Assembly: GCA_008632985.1 (NCBI GenBank)
Contig: QPGO01000079.1
Coordinates: forward strand, 62,001-126,000
Source of the DNA: Psammoneis japonica
Taxonomy: Eukaryota
Reading direction: 5' to 3'
Length of the DNA: 64,000 bases
This document shows positions 12,226 to 24,593 of the stretch, piece by piece. Positions within the stretch are counted from its first letter, which is position 1. Each line of letters opens with the position of its first letter. A model generated the notes under the pieces. It saw only the letters and a program-made list of their open reading frames with translations, was not told the origin of the DNA and made no database searches. A program made the position numbers and the translations under genes.

Positions 12226-12410
12226 GAAAAGTGGAAAATTGTGAGATCAGATTTTGTTCTGAGGTTTGGAGTTTCTTCAAAGGCACTCTCAATGGCCTGA
12301 AGCTTTTGCACTGCTTCTGCAAACTGAAAGCCTTGCAGGGAATTAGACCATGACAACAGATTGTCTGGATGTGATCAACATTGACATCTTGTGTGTCATC
12401 ATCATTGTCC
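12226..12410 (-). repeat. LTR-like repeat, copy 2 (truncated, joined to gag)
   Basis: Shares AAAAGTGGAAAATTG..GATTTTGTTCTGAGGTTT..TCAATGGCCTGAAGCTTTTGC..ACAACAGATTGT with 7473-7633. Confidence 0.8.
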
Positions 12411-15400
12411 AATCACATTTGCAATGTTAGACATCCGATCACATCTGTGTGATTGATCTGTCCTTTGCAAGCACCCATGAGTGATTGTGGTGTGATTGGC
12501 ATGTGCAACAATGTGCAACTGTGAACATGTGCAATTCCTTCCACTTGAAAATGTGCACGTTGCACTCTTGAGCCCATGCTCAGAATCTGCTTGAGCCATG
12601 ACTGCCTGTGCAGGGGGCAATCTCATCTCCACTGCTGCTTTGATCCAACAAGGCTGTCCACACTGATGGCAAACCCTGGCATGTGCTCAGACAACCTGCG
12701 CCAGATGGCGGAAGTGTTCTTTTTGCTGAGCAGCTGGACAAACTTCAGACCAAAAGAATGAACATGAGAGGACCCAATCTTGTCATGTTTTTTGCCACAA
12801 TTGATGCAACCAGACCAGCTGGTCAAGGGGGGGGGGGGCTGAGTCAAGGAGGGTGTTGGAGTCAAGCAGGCCAAGGAACATCCATGTGCATGACAAGAAG
12901 AGCACACCTGTCTTTTGCTTGCTTGTTGGAAACATCCCTGATGCTGTGCTGATCACTCAGTCATGGACCAAGCAAACCCAGCAAGGTTAAAATTTGAGTG
13001 AACAGAGGTGAGAAGCAAGAAGGCTGCAGAGTTGCACAAGACATGTGCTGAGAAGTGCACAGATCAAGAAGGCTTTTCAGATGTCAGGCCCCCCTGCCAT
13101 GGCATGTTCTTTCTGATGACTTGGAAACTCTGGATTGTGTGTCAGGTTGCCCAAAAATTGCACACTTGTTGATCCCCAGCAAAATCTTGCAGCTGTTGTT
13201 TTTTTTAATCTTCTTTTTCATCACACTGTGGGTGTCAACCCAAAACAAAATGGCCACAACACCTCAGCAACTGAGCCATGGCCCCTTTGGCAACAGCCAC
13301 ATCCCCCCAGCAGACCACCCACAGCTCGTTTCAGGTCCTCAGGGTTGCTGGCTCTCATTGCAAAATCATGACAAGGGTGTGCTCACATTTGGACCACATT
13401 GACAAAAAGCACTTCCAAGTCAACCAAAAAATGAGAAGATGCAAAAAAGAAAACTGTGAGATTGTTTCCCTGTTGCATGAAAAAATCAAAAATCTTCCTG
13501 TTTTGTCAAGCCAAAGGCTTTTTGTTGCGGCTGTTTGTGAGAACAAAAACTGGTTGGGCACTCTTGAATGTCTGCAGAGTGTGCTGAGCAAATCAGTTGC
13601 AGCATGCTCCAAGCACAGGTGAGCCAACTTGATTGCAAAATTGCCACTTTTTCTGCTGGTGACCATTGATTTGTTCATCACCTGATGTGATGTCCCACCA
13701 AGTCCCACCCTGGGCTGGAGTTCATCAAAAACAAGGATGAAATGCACAACCTGGGTTGTTCCCACTCAGCAGATCAGCTTGCTTCTGCTCTCTTGACATT
13801 CCTTGCCTTGCCCACCACCCTTGGATGAATTGTCAATGTGCCATTGGTGTGTCTCATGATGCCAAAGCACAGTGTGCTGTCATCCATCAGCCACCAAAAC
13901 AGCGCAATTTTGCAGCAAGCAGCCCATCTGCCAGCCAGAGCAGCTGTGGTCATCTTCTTGAGAAAGCTGACAATGTGCTGCTTCAGCAGTGTGCCTGTGC
14001 TGTCAGTGGCTGTGCTGTCACTCACTGGACTCCCTGCAGCTGGAGCCATGATGTCTCTGGTGAGACAGAGTTTTGCCACAAGCTCAAGCACAAGGGGGGA
14101 AGTGCAAAAGACCTTGTTTGCACACCTCTTCCTTCAAAACCCAGTCTTTGCCATGCTGTTGTCATGCACTGGGAGACAGCCACAAAGGAAGAAAAAATGT
14201 GCACAGTCAAAAACAAAGCTGGAGCAAAAGAAGAAAAGCAATCAAGTGTTTTCTTTGCAGGGCAAGAAGAAAGAGCTGCTTCTCAGCATCACAGCACTGA
14301 AGAAGCTCAGCAAAGATCAAGTTTTGAAGATGCAGGAGCTGGCCAACCAGGCACTGAAAGAAAAAGAGAACAAACCATCAGAAAATTGGGGTGCCTTTTC
14401 AGAAAAAAATGGCTGCAAAGGAAAATGAGGAATTCTCAGGCATCTGCAACATGTTTCTGCACTTGACAAGAAGAGAAATGAACAGCAATTGCAATTTTCA
14501 CATTGTTTGTGGTTGCAGTTTCCTCCAGTGCACAATTTTCACAAATGTTGGATGTGCTTTGTTCTGTCGTTTGATTTGTGAACAATTTTGTTGTGGTTGC
14601 CTTGGCATCAAGAGTGCAATTTTCATTTTGCAAACTTTGATCTTGTCAAGAACTTGCTCATTTGGTTTTGGAAGGACTTTTCCATTTGATCACCCAGCAC
14701 AGCCTGCATCACAGCCAGAGCTTTTTTGTGCATCTCGCGCAAAAAAGCTCATTGCCACACAAACCCATTTGCTCCAACAACTTCTGAACATGACAACAGG
14801 TTGGGGGGGTGCACGGTGACAGGTCGGTGCATGGCGGGTGCACTCTGTCATTGGCAACACAGGGAATGATGCAGGTGAGTTTGTCCCTTGTGTGCTTTTG
14901 TGTCTTGCTCAGCAGCACACAAGCAAAGCTCACAGGGCTTGGTCAAGCAACTGACAGACCTGGTGCTTGTGGACAGCCCTGCAGGTGGGTTGAGCACTGT
15001 GTTCACTCTGTTGCCAAGTTGGTCAACAGATGACTCTGAGAGTGTGTGGTGCCATTGCTGGTCAATCTTTTCCCATTGGGCAACCTGGTTGTTCAACTGT
15101 GGTGATTGGAAAACCAGACCCACCAGTCTGCTTGAGATTGGATGTTGCTGAGAGTGTTTTTCATGGTTGACAGCTTCAAAAGAGTCAGCCAGCACTCCCA
15201 CCGGTTGTGTGTTGCAGCTGTTGGAGGTGGCGCTGTGCTGTCATCAGACAGAATGACCCAGCTCAAGCACTTTTCAGGTGGCACTGTCACACTGCTGATC
15301 AACTGAAGCTCATCTCTGGCTGTTGCCACAATGACTTCCTCCAGCCTTTGGAACAATGTGCAGAGCAACTGCCAGCTCAAGTGCCAAACTGTTGACCCTC

Positions 15401-16726
15401 CCAACTGCAGTGCTTTCATGCCACCAATTGTTCCATCTTGTTGCTTTGTCTTGGCTGGAACTCTTGAGTTGGTTGGTGGTGGAGACAGCTGCGCTCTGCA
15501 GTTTGCAAGTTCAAGTGCGCTGCTGCTGTTGGGAACAAGGTGACATGGGCCCACAACCCCACAAGATGAACCTTGCAATGCTCAGAAACAGTTCTCAAAC
15601 TGTTTCCTCTGGAGCCCGCCAGAGACCACCAAGGTTGTCAGCTTGCAGTTGTGAGGTTGGTTGCCACCACTGTGAGATCTTTTTGCACTTGGGAGCTTCA
15701 AAGTCCAAGTCTTCTGCTGTTGGGCACAACATGACACATGGCTGCAGAACTGCAAGATCAGCCTTGCAGTGCACACTGACAGCTCTCAAAATCTTGCCTG
15801 GGGTCTTCCAAAGATTGTCAGGGTGGTTGGTGCTGTGACAGCATTTTTTGAATTTTGGACTTGGGAAAGTCAAGTGTCTTGCCCTGGGCCTGCCAAACAC
15901 CACCAGCACCCTCCTTGGCTCAGATCTGTCAGCTTGGTTGGTGCCAAAATGGCGTGCTTTTGGTGCAACATTTGGGAACTGAAATTTGTTGCTGTTGAGA
16001 ATACAAGGTGACATGAGGCCACAACACCACAAGATCAATCTTGCAACTCCCAACAGCAGCCTCAAAGTGCTGCCTGTGGCCCACCCCTCATGCTGCCAGT
16101 GTCCTCAGCTTGCAACTGTTGGGTTGGTTGGTGCCATTCAGTGCACTGTGCTGTCCAGAAATGCAATTTTCTGAACAACAGAGGAGACATCCATTCCGAC
16201 AAAGCGCCTGCACCAGTGGAGTGAAGAACCCTCAGCTGATGGATGTCGCTCTCCAGCATTGCCACTCCTCAATTCAGAAAATGGCAATGCCGTGCGTTTG
16301 AAAGACGCTAAATGCAATGATCTCGAACGTTTTGAACATGCAAATCACCTTGTCATCTTCTGCCCTGAAAATGCTGTAACCGCGTTTGATGCAGCTCTAG
16401 TCGCACTGTCTCGCTTTCGCACCACTTGATGTCTAATCTCAGCACTGTCGATGCTGTTGGCGACATCGCTGTGGAAGCAAAAAAGGATGACCGCAATCTA
16501 TTGACGAGAAAACTGGTTTTTCAACAAGCCGTTGAGCACTCAAATGGACAAAAAACAATTCGCCTATCATTAATGGTATGAATTACACTAAATAACAGTA
16601 AATAATGTCACATAAAGATCACCAATCACCACTGTTCATCTTTCTGGAGTAGCAACAATCCAGAGATCATGTACAGTGCGATGTTTGCAAACAAAACTCT
16701 GAGGCAGTAGCTGTTCTCCCTTTCAT

Positions 16727-17125
16727 TTACATACTGTCAAGGTAGTTCGATGAAGCCGCGGGATGCTGCTTTCCAGCCTTTGGGAGTGGTTTGGCACTCT
16801 TGGGTCCACCTGGCCTTACACCGCCTCCTCCGCCACCTCCGGATGCCATGCTAAGGTAATTTGACGAAGCTCCTGGATGTTCTCTTCCGACCTTGGGGAG
16901 AGGCTTGGCACTCTTGGGTTTGCCAGTATCAACGGCTACAGCTGCCGCCACGGGTTCCGGAGCGGGAGCGGCGGCCTTTGCTTGTTCGGCAAGTCGAGCA
17001 TCCATGTAGTCCTCGTATGCGCCGCTCAAAACGCCCGCAGACTTGGAAGGAAAGGAAAGCTGAGCATTGAATGCAGAGGCAGTCGTGACGAGCGCAGAAA
17101 GGAGAATAAGCTTGGTAGGTGCCAT
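16727..17125 (-). CDS. Small plastid-targeted low-complexity protein with two C-terminal repeats
   Basis: Signal peptide ending TASA-F (diatom ASAFAP-type bipartite presequence). Repeats PKSAKPLPKVGREHPGASSNYLSM and PKSAKPLPKAGKQHPAASSNYLDSM. Normal composition. Confidence 0.85.
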   Translation of the reverse strand: MAPTKLILLSALVTTASAFNAQLSFPSKSAGVLSGAYEDYMDARLAEQAKAAAPAPEPVAAAVAVDTGKPKSAKPLPKVGREHPGASSNYLSMASGGGGGGGVRPGGPKSAKPLPKAGKQHPAASSNYLDSM

Positions 17126-17487
17126 TTTGATGTATCAAAGAAGAAGGTGACAGGTTGTGTGGCACGAAGGCGATTGAAGTGATGGCTTCTCGCTCTCGTC
17201 GGCGGAACGTTTTTGTGGTTTGGCGAGGACCAACCTGCTTCAGCGAGGATTCAAAGATAAAGTAGCTTCAGGTTTTAATATTTTTATTGATTCCACAAAC
17301 GTCATCGCGGGGGCTTCTCAAATGACGTCGGACAACGCGCAGACGGACGCCTGACAAACCGTTCCCGCCATTTTTAGCGCCGCGCGTTGGCTATCGCACC
17401 AAGAGCCCAACGTCCCAACGTCGAACACAACGGAAGTAAGGGACTTTAGATAGGTTGAAGCTTGGACAAGAGAAGAAGACGACAACG

Positions 17488-18623
17488 ATGAAGCACATCG
17501 CATGTTTGTTATTATGGTTTGTCTTTTTTCCGGTGTCTTTCTCGTGGATGAATTTAGCGGCAACGTCCAGGAGAGAAAATGCTTTCTCCGTGCGATCTCG
17601 TGCCAACACATTGCTGCTTCGCACAACAGAAACGGAAAATGAAAATATACATGAAAAGCAACAAAAGGATGCCAGTCTAGCTAAGGAAAGAGCCCCTTCA
17701 AGTCAGCAGCAACAAGAAATGACAGCCCAACAAATCATGGCGGCATTGGGGACGTCACCACGTCGAATCGCCCTCTCGGCTTTGTCTGCAACAGCGCTTG
17801 CCTTGGGTGCAGACTTTTTGGGAGTTACAGGCAAACTTCTTGGACTTTTTCCAGAATCTGCGATTGAATCGTCGGGTTTGGATACGTATTATCCCATAGG
17901 TAACTGATGATTTGTGAAAGCATCTTGATTTAGTGTGACCACCTGGGTTGACTGACACCGTTTCGTTTTGTTGCTGCACAGGAGGATTCAAGCGAGTAAA
18001 GGGGGGTGGATATTCTTTCTTGATACCTAAAGAGTGGGTCGGAGACACAGCGCTAGAGTTGGCAAAGGCTCAGAGAAAAGCCAAGGCATTAGATTATTAT
18101 TCTACAAGCCGTAGATCGAGTAGTGGAGGTGGCGTCTTGCCGGACACAGGTAAGGCCACGAGATTGGCTTGTTGACTCTGTTCTCTTCGTTATGAAAATA
18201 TGCTCATCTGAACTTGCTCCTGTAGCGTTTGGACCGCCTGGAAGGCTCAATTCTAAAGGCGTGTCTCAAGGAGACACCAATGTATCAGTCGTCCTGTCCA
18301 AGGGCATGGGCAAATCATCCTTGTCGGAAGCTCTTGGTCCTCCCACGGAGGCGGCCGAAACCTACTTGCGAGTGTCGTTGGCTCCTGAGGGTAGCGGACG
18401 AAGTGCCACCTTGTTGGATGCAACTGATAGCGACAACACGTATCGATTTGAATACGAAGTCGATCGAGGTAGCAGGGGAGTGCCACTTCGAGCGATTTCA
18501 GTTATTGCAATCGACCAAGGCACACTGTTGACACTCACAGTCGTGGCACCAAAGGAAGACTGGAAGAATACAGAGTACGAGGCAAAGCTCCAGAAGGTTG
18601 CCGCAAGTTTTCACTTGAAATAG
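17488..18623 (+). CDS. PsbP domain-containing thylakoid lumen protein (PPD7-like), 3 exons
   Basis: Exons 17488-17899, 17982-18149 and 18226-18623 join in frame via GT-AG introns. It has a signal peptide, an RR plus hydrophobic segment, and the motifs LGADFLGVT, LDTYYPI, WVGD, AFGPPG..NVSVV, YRFEY and LLTLTVVAP..VAASF. Confidence 0.9.
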
Positions 18624-18821
18624 TACTAGTGTTCGTGACAATCGCGAGAGAACGAACTTCAATTTTGATAAAAATGGCTCCAGCAGGTTCATCCCTTTTT
18701 TTCGTCACTCGTTTCTTTTTAAGCAACGGCTAACGCTCCTCCGAGTAAGATAACGAGTAGGAAGACGAAGAGTAGGGAAAGAAATAAACTTTAACGCATG
18801 GCACTTTCCTACATTCATTTA

Positions 18822-21800
18822 TCATTCGGATTGATTATTCTCCGCATTGGTTGAATTACTCTCTTGGTTTTCTTTGTCTCCCTCCGATGCATCGCTGTTC
18901 CTGGCATCATTGTGATCGTGGTGTTCCAGCTCCATTCCTGTCGACGACAACACACCATCGTTGTTTGCATTTGCTAGTAATGGTGCCTGCGCGAGCGAAA
19001 ACATTCTGGGAGTCCGGTGCAGCTCGCTCTCGCCCGCAACTTCATCCACGACCGGTATGGTAGGTGCAGGCGCCAATGGTTGTTGCGGCTCGTCGTCGTC
19101 ATCATCATCGTCAAAATAGGATTCTTCCGTCTCTGTTTGACGAAATTTTCGTTGGTCTTCCATTGCCTTTTCGCTCAAGTGATGCTGCGGCCGGGCGCTA
19201 GAAGAAAAGTACCGAGAAGTGCCTCCACCGTCAGATTCACCGGCTTGTTCCTTGCTCTTGGCAGCATTCAGGCTCTCCTCATAGCTTTGACGGAGCACAG
19301 TTAACGTATTCACATATGGAGTGGAAACGTCTTCCAAACTCGGTATCTGCGCGGATGTGTTGGACTTAGGGCTTGTAAGAGTAGTTGACGGGATCAAGTG
19401 CTTCGAAACAATATACTCAATCAAAGACTTGATATTTTGGTCGTGTATGAAGTCACACATCTGCAAGAATAATGGATTGCAATTGTGAGAACGGCTCAGT
19501 TTCAGTCATTACGGCAATGAATCGATGTTAGGAACTGCCGACACTCACCTCGATAATGGCAGAAGAAACAAGATTGTCTCCTACTGGGTTCGAGCGGAAC
19601 GCTTCAAAGACGGGGGCGAACAGGTTGTGTTGAATAATGTGTCGATGATAAAACTCGTCTTTTACAGAGAGAATTGCCCGTAAGAAACTAGAACAGCAAG
19701 GCATGGCGGCGTAAGAACTCTGCAAAGAACTAAAAGCTTTCTGCGCGACACAAACATCTTACCGTATCGCCGCGAGCTTGAGGCACCGGTCGCCAGATGG
19801 TGCAGTGGGTGTTGCGGGTGGTGCCAGTACTTTCAGGACGCTCCCCAGCACACGCGATCGCAAAAGAAATAACTTCATGCGGTACAGATGCGCTCGCACA
19901 CAAAAGTTTAACAATTCCACTGCAAAAGAACTCCGAATCGAGCATGGTGACACTGTGTGCAGAAACACCATTGTGTGCTTTTCGTCGATGGTCGCAGTGC
20001 TGCTATTCATAAAGGCTTTCAGTATCTTGGACATGAGTGGAGAAGACGACGGCGACGCAATGACTGACGCTGGAACAACCCGTAGTGGATGGAGAATCGT
20101 GAATTGAAACGGAGCTACCAGCCACGAAACGTAGTGCTCGTAAAACATGGCCAGGAACTGATTCTGGTCAGCAATATGACTTTCCCCGTGATGGTGGTGC
20201 CCGTCATGTTCCATGGAGTCAAGGTGCGGACTTCCCGGTGCGCTTGATCCCTCAATGCTGTTTTCCTCCCCAAGACCCACTCCCATGGGGCCATGCTCTC
20301 CCAGCAGATCAGTGTCAAGGATAAATCGCATAATTTCCGTCGACTGTAGCAACAAACCAGCATCCGTTTCTGTTGCCAGCACAAAGAGCAATGCTAACAA
20401 CAAGTCGTTGGTTGCACAGTAAAAGATAATATGGCGTTTCTCGTTTGGAGCCGGTTTCGCGGGGCCCTCGATACGATTTTCCTTTTGTTGCGAGTCCAAA
20501 CAATGCCGGCGAACGTGACAAGGATCGTGCATGGCTATGGTCGAGATAATTTCCAAGGCTGCTCCCTTTTCAGTAGTGTCCACCGTGGGGTCGGACAATA
20601 CCGTGCCGAGTAAGCCCAAGAGATACACAGCGTTTCCATTCTCGATAGAACTCTTTGCGTCGCTGATATTAGCTTTTGACACTGCCGAGGGCTGGGATGC
20701 ACTTGCTTCCTCTTTGTTTTCCTGGGGCTCTTGCGATGATTCGCTTCCTTTGGATTCTTGCTTATCGTCACCCTCCACTGACGTTTCTCCTGGAGAATCT
20801 TTTGCTTCGCTGCCGTTCAAGTCCACGGCTGTGCTGACAATGTCGGCAAAGAACACGTCCCTTTCATTCTGCTGCAGAGATATCCGCACCATGTTGAACA
20901 ATTCACGCAGAAATGATAAGCAGCCCCGTCGGCGCATCTTTCGCGATGCCAGTGATTCATCCTGAGGTACCAAGTGTTGCTTCCAGGATGCATTCGTTGA
21001 TTCCTTTTCTGGTTGGTTTGGTATCGGAGACCGAGGCCGTACTACCGGCGGTGGCACCGGCGTCCCGTCCTCGGTGGCTCTTGTTTCCAATTCTTCCCAT
21101 TCTAATTCCATAATGGCTGTTATTTCTTTGCCCAGCAATCGAATCACCTGTACCAAATAGCTATCGCCAATTTCTGTATTCTCCACGTTTTCTTTGGACT
21201 GTTGTTCCTCTTCCGACACATTCATTGTACCGCTTGTCACAGCCTTGACAAGATCGGCATGCGTAAATGTCTGTAATGATGTTAACGTCGAAAGACTCCC
21301 TTCATCCATGGTGGGTCTCAGCAAGGTATCACGCAAATATGTTACTCGAAAAGACCGATGAATCGTCGCCACCAATTGCTCGTCTTGCATTGGGACGACG
21401 GTTCGGAATTTCGCCCGCTCTCGTAAAAACCAGCGATGGTTGGCCTTGTCTCTCAAATCTGGATCGTATTCCAGAGTCGAACAAACGTTTTCAAAAATGA
21501 CCTGATCCGCTACAATTAACTCAATAATGGACGGGTCATTCAGTAAAAGAATCGTCTTGATGCAGGCGGCCAACGTTGCCAAGGCACCATAATCTCCCTT
21601 GGATTCGGCAGAAGGAAACAAGGCCAATAAAGCTTTAAGGTATGAACACTCTTGTTGTGATATATACATGGCCAAGGCATCCCTCAATTGCAACTGTGCA
21701 GCGGCAATGGTATCGGCAATTTCTTCCAAATGACCCAGCGTGGGAGGGTTTGGAAGCTTGGGAGCCGCGTGAGCAGCAGCAGCATCGTCATGGGGTGATT

Positions 21801-22794
21801 GTCCCGAATTGTCGCTATTGTAGGTTGCAGCCGCGGCTGCCGCCATGCTTACTGCGACAGCGTCACTGCCTTGTTCACGATACTGTTCGTCCGACGATGC
21901 ACCGTGAGATGATGATTCCTGTACATTTCCCCACATGTCGTGCGGCTGTTGTTGATCGTGCTGTTGCTGAGATGAAAGATCACTCCCTGTCGTAGTCCCA
22001 GGACCCATGTCAGAAGTTTCACTCTGGTTGTACTCTCCTTGTTGCTGCGCAGAAGCAGCCTTTTTCGAATCATGTACATGATGCAACAGTATGCCTCGGA
22101 CACGAAACCACTCGGTCGCTCTGGATTGAATATGAGTAATTTGACGCCAAATATCCAAACACCCCGCATTGTCTTGAAACGACAAGGCCAAATCGACGCC
22201 ATTTTTGGAAGAATCAAAATGAGGTTCACACCACGTAATAATGTTGTCGCCCTGACGTTGATAGGCTTCGCGCAATAAAATACGTGTTCTCAACAGAACG
22301 GTCTTTTCTTCTTCGGATTGCATAACTAGAGTCGGTTCTCCCAATTCTTGATACAAGACCGCGTCTTGATCAAGTGAAGGAGCCTGACCCGACTTTTTGT
22401 AGGCGCACACGATGCGACCCGTCCCACAGTCATCCCACGAGCCATCCGCATTGAGGCGATACAGCTTGACTCTCCATCCCTCGGGTTGCTGCATGCTTTC
22501 GCTCGTATTTTTCCTCTTGACAGCCGGCGCATCGTCATCCTCGTCCGAAGAAGAACTGGACGACCCAGAAAAGGTGGAAGCCACGGCGGTATTGGTTGTT
22601 GTTGTTGCCTTGAGTTTGCGCTTTCGCTTGTTACCCAACTGCATGTGTATTCTCGGCGTGCCCGTGTGAGTGTTTGCTGATGCTGATGATGTATGGCTGC
22701 TGGGAGGCGTCGAAATGTTTGCTGAGGACTGCTGTTCCGTTGTATCTATAGCCTGAGTAGATCCACCCGGTGAGTCCGTCAAAGGCGAAGTCAT
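18822..22794 (-). CDS. PPP4R3: Protein phosphatase 4 regulatory subunit 3 (SMEK/Psy2 family), 3 exons
   Basis: EVH1-like [46 protein letters not shown], and SMK-1 region [17 protein letters not shown]. Exons 22794-19763, 19687-19549 and 19460-18822 with GT-AG introns. Confidence 0.95.
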
Positions 22795-24593
22795 GGTGAT
22801 GCAATGCGGCGGCTTTAGTGTGTGTTGTTCGTTTTCTCAGAAATGCCAAATCACATGTCCCGGTGTTTTTCCGTTTTCAACAGAGACAAATTGTGACGTT
22901 CTATTTCCCTCTTTGTGTCTCATGCCATAGTTCATACAACGTATAGGTATTCCAGCTTTCTCTATTGCTCCAATGATGCCGTATGCTTTGCTCTGTGTTG
23001 TGTTGGAAGTAATCAATCGCAGGCACTGCACTTCGCACTTTGCGTTGTTCTTTTGCTTTTTTTCGTGTCGCTCGGCCGCAGCGGTCGGCGCTCGCGTTGT
23101 TGACTCTTTTTGGTACCGGTTACCACCTTATGGTTCCACGTAGAAGTTGTACCGGGCTTACTTACCCTGATTATCATAGGTATGTGGCTGGAATGATTTT
23201 TAGAAATTTAGAGTAGATTTCTACGCAATTAGTGCAACACGTCACCAAGTTGAAGTTCATTTTGTTGGAGGGAAAACAAAAAGCACGAGAATTATCACGT
23301 GCCCGGTCTCTCGACGATGATGCTCACAGCTTCTTGAAAATCCATGGCTTTTAGCACTACGACCTACACCCACCTTGCCAACCCACCTGTGAAGCTCCCT
23401 GAGGGCCGAAGTGCAAAAACCCATCATGTCTGATGTCCGAAAATCGTTCGCATCACAACACATGCATCGGCTGTTCTTGGATTCTCGCGTTCAGAATCAA
23501 TGGATGCCAGCAGACCTGTGGACAGAGCACTGCAATGCAAAATTCAACATCAATGATGAGAGAGTCGAAAACAGGGGCAGACAATTGAAGAAGCCGTGTG
23601 GCAGCATCAACGGGGTTTCGAGTTTGACGGAAGAGAACAACGTTGTTGCTGGCGGGTGAATTTGTGCGAAACGGAATGCCAACATGGCAGTCAAGCCCAA
23701 CCCCTTTCCCGACTTTACAAATCACTTGAAGCAACTCAAGGACGAAAACAAAGCCCGTGCATCCCGGTTCTGTGCTGACCTGCAAGACGTTTTAAGGATT
23801 GAAAACTCCCGAACCTCCGTTTGGACACGAGAATCTCAATCACTTTGTCGGATCCAAGTCTTTGGCAAAAAACATTGACATTTGTCATGATCTTGCAAAC
23901 CCAAGTTGTTCTTTGCCACCGAGCATCAGCAAGGGCATCGTGGGAGCACTTCCAATGGGTGCAATTTAGGATGAGACGATTTTGAGGATTGCAGCTTTTT
24001 GACAATCAACTGACATCATGCTTTTGAATTGCCAATGACGATGGCTCGTTGTTGTGCTGCCAGAGGCTCATCTACACTGCCGTCTGCTCGCTTTGAGAAC
24101 GAATCGGCTGCTTGCGCCTTCTCTGCCAACAGACGCATGTTTGGTTTGAGCAGTGGGCAGACAGGAACGGGTGCAAGTTTCATCTCTGAATGCACACCCC
24201 AAACAACACCACTGAACCAATCGAAGGAGTGCAAGCACTGCTGTCACAGCTCTAGAACAGTTTGTGCCCCACCTGCCCACGTGGTGTCGGCAGAAGAGAG
24301 CAAAGCCAAAGGTGGCATCAAGCGACGACGGCATTAGAGGCACCAGCAACTGGCAACAATTGTTCCACAATTCAAAATGCAGCAGTGCTTCATTGCACAC
24401 TTTTCCTGTGGAGATGCTTGCCTCTTGTGCAGACATCTCGAAAGGATCTGCACCACTTCAGCATCGCGCACATCACGTGGGAGTGCGAGTGGTCTTGACT
24501 CCAAAATGTCATTCTGAACTGGCGTGGGAATGCACAGAATGTCTTTGGGCTTGTGCAAAAGGTGAGTGTCGAAACCTTTTCCTGCCACAGAAA

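Larger units (their letters stand above)
7420..12410 (-). mobile_element. Degenerate Ty3/gypsy LTR retrotransposon (gag-PR-RT-RH-IN), possibly two merged copies
   Basis: RT SLDLNMGHCCI..WGKCKH..RLPVG..PDVFQEHMSELMAGLEFVR (10087-10386); RNase H KLNGAQTHHTTTEKELL (about 9500-9600); integrase HLLHPG..CETCQK and LTMIDPATRWPE (8850-9200); protease-end LMSSLGITLDF (about 10850); gag-like region 11300-12200; flanking direct repeats. Confidence 0.93.
7380..16300. other. TpA/CpG-depleted, TpG/CpA-enriched domain A
   Basis: Only about a dozen TA dinucleotides were found by eye in about 9 kb. ORFs in all six frames are essentially Tyr-free and Cys/His-rich. Confidence 0.95.

Noticed and set aside
13400..14470. 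Long ORFs as a DNA transposon gene
   Set aside because: No diagnostic motif was recognised. Probably decayed repeat, family unassignable by eye.
7380..16300. Alternative genetic code or codon bias as the cause of missing Tyr
   Set aside because: TA loss affects non-coding LTRs and every frame, the elements are full of frameshifts, and neighbouring genes use Tyr and standard stops.
7380..16300. Classical fungal RIP or plain CpG decay as a full explanation
   Set aside because: RIP increases TpA, and CpG deamination cannot remove TA. TA-free zones with intact CG are present.
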